From a virus: a stretch of DNA of 64,000 nucleotides. A program made the translations under genes and the position numbers. The notes under the pieces are model-generated. The model searched no databases. It saw nothing but the letters and a program-made list of their open reading frames with translations, and was not told the origin of the DNA. Below, in pieces: positions 57,992-64,000 of this stretch (position 1 is its first letter; each line of letters opens with the position of its first letter). The stretch lies in IMG/VR virus record IMGVR_UViG_3300035042_000066; one strand, written 5' to 3'.

Positions 57992-59185
57992 ATGTCTAAT
58001 ATTGAACAAAGAGTTAATATAAATAAATTATCTTTAATTTCTGATTCTGGTGAATTAGATATTACTAATATATTTCTATCTTTTAATATTTATGAAGATT
58101 TGTTTTCTTATTTTAAAACAGGTAAAATAGTAATTCAAGATACTAATGATTTAATATCTACTTTACCTATATATGGAAATGAAATAATAGAAATTTATTT
58201 TGAATCTAATAATAATACCGTAGATAGAAAAAAATTAATTCAAAGATTTTCTGTTTATAAACTAGAACAAGATTTGTCTTCTACAGCTAGAGATAGATCA
58301 GCTAAGGTATTTGTATTATATTTAATCTCTGAAGAAGCAATAACTAATGAAAAATGCGCTTTAAGTAAAAGGATGAATAGAGACTCTATCGATGTAATGA
58401 GTTGTATATTAACTGATTGTTTGTTATCCTCTAAAGAATTTATTTATGAAGTGCCAGAAAATAAATTAGATTTCATCTCAAATTTTTGGAAACCTACTAG
58501 AATATTTAAATATTACGAAGATAAATCATATAATAACTTTCACGATTATATCTTTTTTGAAAACAGAGATGGTTTTAATTTCAAATCTATATCCCAAATG
58601 ATGTCTAATAATACAACACATGAAATTACATTTTTAGATGTTCAAGATTCTATGTATAATTATAATATATCTAAAATTTATCAAATGGATAAATATTTCA
58701 ATATTATGGAAATGCTTCAAAATCATTATTTTGGAAATACATTCTATAAATTATCAGATACTAATTATGGTTATAAAAAAGTTATTAATGATTTCATTTC
58801 TGCTTCTGAATATTCAAATATTTTAGGTAAATATCTTAAACATCAACCTGAGTTAGCTAATGATTCTGACATTAATGTAACATATAAAAATGCAGAACAA
58901 TTATCTATTAGAAAAATATTACTTAACGCTTTATCAGAATATTTCATAACATTAAAATTAGTTGGTGATTCTACAAAAACTATCGGTCAAGTTTATGATT
59001 TAAATATGATTTTAGATATTAAACATACACAAGAATCAAATCCAGTTCTAAATGGTAAATGGTTATGTACTAATATAAATCATGAAGTCTTACGAAATGG
59101 TGAATATACTCAAAACGTTAGGTTAGTTAAAAATGGATTTTATAATTATGGTAAACAAAAAGGATTAGGAGGTTTATATCCATGA
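57992..59185 (+). CDS. baseplate hub protein (gp27-like)
   Basis: IYEDLF..., YIFFENRDGFNFKSI, GKWLCTNINH; position before gp5. Confidence 0.7.
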   Translation: MSNIEQRVNINKLSLISDSGELDITNIFLSFNIYEDLFSYFKTGKIVIQDTNDLISTLPIYGNEIIEIYFESNNNTVDRKKLIQRFSVYKLEQDLSSTARDRSAKVFVLYLISEEAITNEKCALSKRMNRDSIDVMSCILTDCLLSSKEFIYEVPENKLDFISNFWKPTRIFKYYEDKSYNNFHDYIFFENRDGFNFKSISQMMSNNTTHEITFLDVQDSMYNYNISKIYQMDKYFNIMEMLQNHYFGNTFYKLSDTNYGYKKVINDFISASEYSNILGKYLKHQPELANDSDINVTYKNAEQLSIRKILLNALSEYFITLKLVGDSTKTIGQVYDLNMILDIKHTQESNPVLNGKWLCTNINHEVLRNGEYTQNVRLVKNGFYNYGKQKGLGGLYP

Positions 59186-60207
59186 TATATACAGGAATTT
59201 GTGAAGATAATCATTCTGATCCTCTGAAGTTAGGTAGAATTAAAGTAAGAGTATTTGGAGTTCATACTGATAATAAATTAAATGAAGAAACCGGTAGATT
59301 AATTAAAACTGAAGATTTACCTTGGGCTTCACCTTGTTATCCTGCTAATACTCAATCTATAGATGGTTTAGGTGATTTTTCAGTTCCTGCACAAGGTTCT
59401 ATTGTGATGATTGTATTTTTAGATCAAGAATTACAATATCCTGTTTATATGGGAACTATCCCTAAAATGATGACAGAATTGCCTGATTTTACTAAAGGTT
59501 TTTCTGATCCAGACAAAGAACATCCTAATGAAGAATATAAAAATGAATCATCTTTATCAAGACTAACAAGAAATGAAAAAATTGATAAAACTATTATTAA
59601 AACTAAAAAGGATGAAGTTCAAACTGGGATTGATTGTAAAGAAACAGCATTCGATCAACCAGAAACAAAATATAATACAGAATATCCCAACAATAGAGTA
59701 ATAGAAACTAAATCTGGTCATTTTATAGAATTAGATGATACAGAAGGTGCAGAAAGAATTCATATATATCATAAATCAGGTACTAATACTGAATATTTTC
59801 CAGATGGAGAACAAGTAGATGTAGTTAAAGCAACAAGAACTACTATTATTGTAGAAGATGATAATATATTAATTCAAGGAAATAAAAATATACATATATC
59901 TGGTTCTAAGAATATACATATAGAAGGTTCAGATAATATATTAATAGATGGTAACAGAGATAAAGATATTAAAGGTGATGAAATAGATGATATACAAGGT
60001 AATATGACAATAACTGTAAATGCTAATTCAACTATTAATACAACTGAAAATACTTCTATTTCTACTGGCGGAAATACTTCTATTTCTACTGGTGGAAATA
60101 CATCTATTCATTCTGATGGCGAAACATCAATTACTGCTGATGGAAATACAACAGTTGATAGTGCAGGAACAATAACAGTAACCGGTTCTAGTATTAATCT
60201 AAATTAA
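59182..60207 (+). CDS. 5: baseplate spike gp5 (OB fold + beta-helix, no lysozyme domain)
   Basis: DPLKLGRIKVR, LPWA, SGHFIELDDT, C-terminal repeats. Confidence 0.9.
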   Translation: MIYTGICEDNHSDPLKLGRIKVRVFGVHTDNKLNEETGRLIKTEDLPWASPCYPANTQSIDGLGDFSVPAQGSIVMIVFLDQELQYPVYMGTIPKMMTELPDFTKGFSDPDKEHPNEEYKNESSLSRLTRNEKIDKTIIKTKKDEVQTGIDCKETAFDQPETKYNTEYPNNRVIETKSGHFIELDDTEGAERIHIYHKSGTNTEYFPDGEQVDVVKATRTTIIVEDDNILIQGNKNIHISGSKNIHIEGSDNILIDGNRDKDIKGDEIDDIQGNMTITVNANSTINTTENTSISTGGNTSISTGGNTSIHSDGETSITADGNTTVDSAGTITVTGSSINLN

Positions 60208-60221
60208 GGCGAAATTTATAT

Positions 60222-60908
60222 ATGAATACTATAGATAAAATAGATAAATTAATTTCAGGTGAAGCAAAGAAGAATCCATTTTCTAGTATTATTTCTAATA
60301 CGAGTGAAATAAAAACAAAAACTCAGGCTATTGAACCAACTATGGATTCTTCTATTACTGAACAAACAGATATAGATACTTGGAATTCATTAAAATCAGA
60401 TATTGATACAGTAAAGGGAAATATAGCAACTGATTCTGACAATGTAATGAATTTAATGAATCAAGAATCTTCAGATAAACATGAATTTATGCAAGGGGGT
60501 TTACAAGTAGCAATATCAGGTGAAGGACTAAGGAATAAAATTTTAGAACAAGATGGATTACCTACTGAAGCGATTGATAGATGTGGAGTTGGAAATTTTG
60601 TTACTGATTGTTTATCCACAATTAATCCAGATAATATTACTGCATGGTTAAATGATTCTACGGGAATTTTAGATGGTTTAGATGATTTATCTGGTTCATA
60701 TACAATTACAGAATTACAAGATTTATATAATTTTTTAAGCGATAAATTAAATTTATTAGTAAACCTAAAAGATAGTTTTATTTCAGCAAAAGACTCAGAT
60801 TTAAGCGCATTTGATTATGTACAAAATTTTATAAAGAATTTTCAAGTATTATCTTCTACGGAAGCAAACGAGTGTTTAACTGGTTTAATGATAGATTTTG
60901 GAGAATAA
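60222..60908 (+). CDS. hypothetical baseplate-region protein
   Basis: ORF between gp5 and PAAR. Confidence 0.7.
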   Translation: MNTIDKIDKLISGEAKKNPFSSIISNTSEIKTKTQAIEPTMDSSITEQTDIDTWNSLKSDIDTVKGNIATDSDNVMNLMNQESSDKHEFMQGGLQVAISGEGLRNKILEQDGLPTEAIDRCGVGNFVTDCLSTINPDNITAWLNDSTGILDGLDDLSGSYTITELQDLYNFLSDKLNLLVNLKDSFISAKDSDLSAFDYVQNFIKNFQVLSSTEANECLTGLMIDFGE

Positions 60909-61209
60909 TATGGGAACTCCTATAGCAAGAATAGGTGATACTGTAAGTTGTGTTTGTAGTTGTCATTCTAGTCCAATTTCTGTTACTGGAACATTAATAA
61001 CAGGTGCTTCAAAAACTTATGCTGAAAATAGTAATATCAGTAGATTAGGAGATATAGCATTATGTACATGTGGTCATATAACTACTGTAGTTACATCTGC
61101 AAGTAAAACTTACGCTGAAAATAAATTGATAGCTAGATTAGGAGATGTTGTTAGTGCTTGTCCAATAGGAACTATAGTAACTGCTGCTTCAAAAACTTAT
61201 GCAGAATAA
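60898..61209 (+). CDS. PAAR-like spike tip protein (gp5.4 equivalent; probable start MGTPIAR)
   Basis: Three ARxGD-type repeats with Cys/His. Confidence 0.85.
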   Translation: MENNMGTPIARIGDTVSCVCSCHSSPISVTGTLITGASKTYAENSNISRLGDIALCTCGHITTVVTSASKTYAENKLIARLGDVVSACPIGTIVTAASKTYAE

Positions 61210-61220
61210 AAGGAAAACTA

Positions 61221-61601
61221 ATGGCTGTATATTCAGATATAGATTTTAAATTTGAAAGAATTCAAAGAAATGATTTAGTAAAGTTAACTGATACTGATGC
61301 TATTAATCAATCTATTAAAAATATTATTTTAACTATTCCTGGTGAAGTTCCATTTGAACCATTATTCGGTAGTAATGTCAAAAGATTATTGTTTGAACAA
61401 ATGACTCCTGCTACTACTTTAATTTTAAAAAATGAAATTAGAATGGCTTTAAAAAACTTCGAACCTAGAATAAAGATAAATACTATAGATATTGATCCAT
61501 TATATGACAATAATCAATATTCTATTAATATATATTATACCGTTTTAAAGTTACAAATTGAGGGTGAAATTGAATTAACCCTAAATCTACAAGGAATCTA
61601 A
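61221..61601 (+). CDS. 25: baseplate wedge gp25
   Basis: YSDIDF..AINQSIKNI..GEVPFEPLFGS..NFEPR. Confidence 0.92.
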   Translation: MAVYSDIDFKFERIQRNDLVKLTDTDAINQSIKNIILTIPGEVPFEPLFGSNVKRLLFEQMTPATTLILKNEIRMALKNFEPRIKINTIDIDPLYDNNQYSINIYYTVLKLQIEGEIELTLNLQGI

Positions 61602-61602
61602 C

Positions 61603-63252
61603 ATGAGTAGTTACGATTTTTCAAATCTAGACTTTGATGAACTTAAACAGCATTTAATTGATTATATAAAAGAATCAGATGAATTTAAAGATTATCCTTT
61701 TGAAGGCTCTGCTTTAAACTCTATTGCTGGTTTATTAGCTTATGTGACTTTACATAATAATTATTATTTAAATATGACTACACAAGAGTTATATTTAAAT
61801 ACTGTTACTTTATATAGAAATGCTGTAGCTTTATCAAAATCTTTAAACTATAATCCACATAGAAGAATTTCAGCTATACACAATGTCGATATTTCTGTTG
61901 ATCCAGAAGTAAGTATTAGTTCATCTTCATTCCCTATTTTGATTCCACAAAATTGTTTATTCGATGTAGAAGGAAGTATTTTTACTGCTGAATCATCTTA
62001 TAATATTACTGATTCTAGTTCTACAGAAAGTATTATTTTAAGACAAAGAGAAATTATTAATGAATCTTTTACATATAACGGAAATCAAATAGTTTTAAGA
62101 CATGGATATGATGTTGATGAGGATTTATTAACTGTTACTGTTGAAGGAACTCCTTGGACTAAATATGAAAATGATATAACAGCTGATAGAAATTCTGAAG
62201 TATTTTTTGTTAGTACTAATCTAGATGAAAAATTAGTAATTACTTTTGGTGATAATACTGTAGGTTTAAAACCTGATATTGGGGCAACAATAGATATCAG
62301 ATATGGTATTACTGAAGGGGCAAATGGAAATAATCTTTCAGAAACAGAATTAAATCAAATTGTAGTAGGTGCTGATAATACAGAATTTGATAATTCATTT
62401 TTTGTAATATCAACAGATAGTTTATCAAGTGGTGGAGTTGATAAAGAAACATTAGATTCTATTAAAATTAATGCTCCTAAATTTTATGAAACTCAAAATA
62501 GAGCTGTTACACCACAAGATTATCAAACTATTTTAGGTGCAGTTCCATTTGTTGATATTTTAAGTGTTTGGGATGGCGCAGATGAAGCTCCACCTACATA
62601 TGGAACAGTATTTGCATCTTTTAAGCCTGTCGCTGGAGATGTTTTATTAACACAAAATGAAAAACAAGAAATTCAAAATTATATTAAAACATATATGCCA
62701 GTTTCCATTACTTTAAGAATAGTTGATCCAGTATACATTTATATCAATCTTGTTTCTAAAATATTTTATTTTGAGAGTTTTAATCAATCTACTTCAGCTA
62801 TCAAAAGTGAAATTCAAGAAAATATAAATAACTTCTTTAGTAATCAAATTTCAGCTTATGATACTAAATTAAAATATTCTAGTTTATTAAGTGCTATAGA
62901 TTCTGTTGATGAAGTTTCTAATAATTTGACTGATATTGTTTTAAATATTAAATTCGATAAAACATTTCTTGATAGTAATGCTTATTCTTTTAGTTTAGGA
63001 AATGAAATTGAGCCTAATAGTATTACTTCAGAATATATTGAAGATGATGGAAATGGGAATATTATTGATAAAGATACTGAAGAATCAATAGGTACTATAG
63101 ATTATTCTACTGGAGAATTGAATTTTATTAGTGATAAAATGGATGAAACTGATAATATATTATATTTTAAAACTGCAATTAGAGATATATATTTTGAGAA
63201 AAACATTATGCCAATTGTAGGAACAACTACCTTCACTTTTGAAGGGGTATAA
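61603..63252 (+). CDS. 6: baseplate wedge gp6
   Basis: LDFDELK..DYPFEGS, QNRAVTPQDY, PPTYGTVF. Confidence 0.92.
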   Translation: MSSYDFSNLDFDELKQHLIDYIKESDEFKDYPFEGSALNSIAGLLAYVTLHNNYYLNMTTQELYLNTVTLYRNAVALSKSLNYNPHRRISAIHNVDISVDPEVSISSSSFPILIPQNCLFDVEGSIFTAESSYNITDSSSTESIILRQREIINESFTYNGNQIVLRHGYDVDEDLLTVTVEGTPWTKYENDITADRNSEVFFVSTNLDEKLVITFGDNTVGLKPDIGATIDIRYGITEGANGNNLSETELNQIVVGADNTEFDNSFFVISTDSLSSGGVDKETLDSIKINAPKFYETQNRAVTPQDYQTILGAVPFVDILSVWDGADEAPPTYGTVFASFKPVAGDVLLTQNEKQEIQNYIKTYMPVSITLRIVDPVYIYINLVSKIFYFESFNQSTSAIKSEIQENINNFFSNQISAYDTKLKYSSLLSAIDSVDEVSNNLTDIVLNIKFDKTFLDSNAYSFSLGNEIEPNSITSEYIEDDGNGNIIDKDTEESIGTIDYSTGELNFISDKMDETDNILYFKTAIRDIYFEKNIMPIVGTTTFTFEGV

Positions 63253-63262
63253 GGTATTTTAA

Positions 63263-64000
63263 ATGGATAAATCATATACATTACTGATAGATAGTTTAAT
63301 ACCAGATAATATTAAAGAAGATTATCCTAAATATGTTGAATTCGTTAAACAATATTTAGGTGCTTTAGAAACTGAAACCGGTCCTTTAACTGTTGTTAAT
63401 AATCTAGCTAAAGTTGTAGATATATATGAAGTTCCTGATGATATAATTGCTAACGCTGTTAATCAATATTTGAATTCTTTTCCTAGTAAATATTTAGAAA
63501 GTTTAAATGTAAGAGAATTCATTACTAATGCTAAAACATTTTATAGCAACAAAGGTAACGAGAATTCATTTAGATTTATTTATAACTTATTAGGTGGAAC
63601 TGTTAACTTCTATTATCCAGCTAATGATATTTTTATTAGTAATATTAGTACTCTAAGTGGACATCATAAAATACACGATAACTTTTATTATGCTTATTAT
63701 GTTTATGAAGTTCAGACTGATGTAGACGTTCAAACATATTATGATTTATTTAAACGAACTGTTCATCCTGCTGGAATGAAGATGTTCGCTCTTAAAATAA
63801 TGATTTTCAATGAAGGGGAAGTGATATTTGTAGGTATTGAGGATTTAAAATATAATTATTCTATAGAATATGAGAAACAGAATTTAGATGTATTTTCTTC
63901 AGGCTCTAATGTTTACTTTGTAGAATCTGATCCAATATTAACTAATTATTTAAGAGATTATAGTTATTATTCTGAAGAAATTCAAGAATTTTATACTTAT
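63263..64000 (+). CDS. baseplate wedge gp7-like, partial
   Basis: Manual ORF: FYSNKGNENSFRFIYNLL...VHPAGMKMF; runs off window. Confidence 0.75.
   Translation, partial: MDKSYTLLIDSLIPDNIKEDYPKYVEFVKQYLGALETETGPLTVVNNLAKVVDIYEVPDDIIANAVNQYLNSFPSKYLESLNVREFITNAKTFYSNKGNENSFRFIYNLLGGTVNFYYPANDIFISNISTLSGHHKIHDNFYYAYYVYEVQTDVDVQTYYDLFKRTVHPAGMKMFALKIMIFNEGEVIFVGIEDLKYNYSIEYEKQNLDVFSSGSNVYFVESDPILTNYLRDYSYYSEEIQEFYTY

Noticed and set aside
59182-60207. gp5 lacking a lysozyme domain as a novelty
   Set aside because: Common in non-enteric T4-like phages

Overview
A 64-kb segment of a very AT-rich, T4-superfamily myophage genome. From 1 to about 45.8 kb nearly all genes are on the minus strand: accessory genes, a tRNA cluster, Alt-like ADP-ribosyltransferase, and the replication, recombination and nucleotide-metabolism core (gp43, gp61, RNase H, PhoH, gp41, UvsX, dCMP deaminase, gp42-like, NrdJ, dUTPase, gp49, gp46, gp47, gp55, ThyX). 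After a palindrome-rich non-coding switch region (about 44.5-45.9 kb) the genes are on the plus strand: gp3, UvsY, UvsW, gp4, gp2, gp20, gp67, gp21, gp22, gp23, gp48, gp53, hub, gp5, PAAR, gp25, gp6, gp7. The window is heavily loaded with mobile elements. An intact IS200/IS605 element (TnpA plus catalytically intact TnpB) splits a gene precisely, and a 196-bp deletion derivative of it sits at the +1 of a sigma70 promoter as a possible trans guide-RNA cassette. There are also two other IS right-end scars, a group I intron plus a mini-intein in gp43, an HNH intein in NrdJ, a naturally split intein in gp41 with an endonuclease gene between the halves, and an endonuclease gene inserted into the anticodon loop of tRNA-Arg. 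Other notable signals are an apparent non-T4 late promoter (AGATAAATA), a family of proteins with T4 capsid-targeting-like N-termini, a gp42-type cytosine-modification enzyme, a stand-alone PAS protein and several structured leader RNAs. All family assignments come from motif recognition and recall, not database searches.
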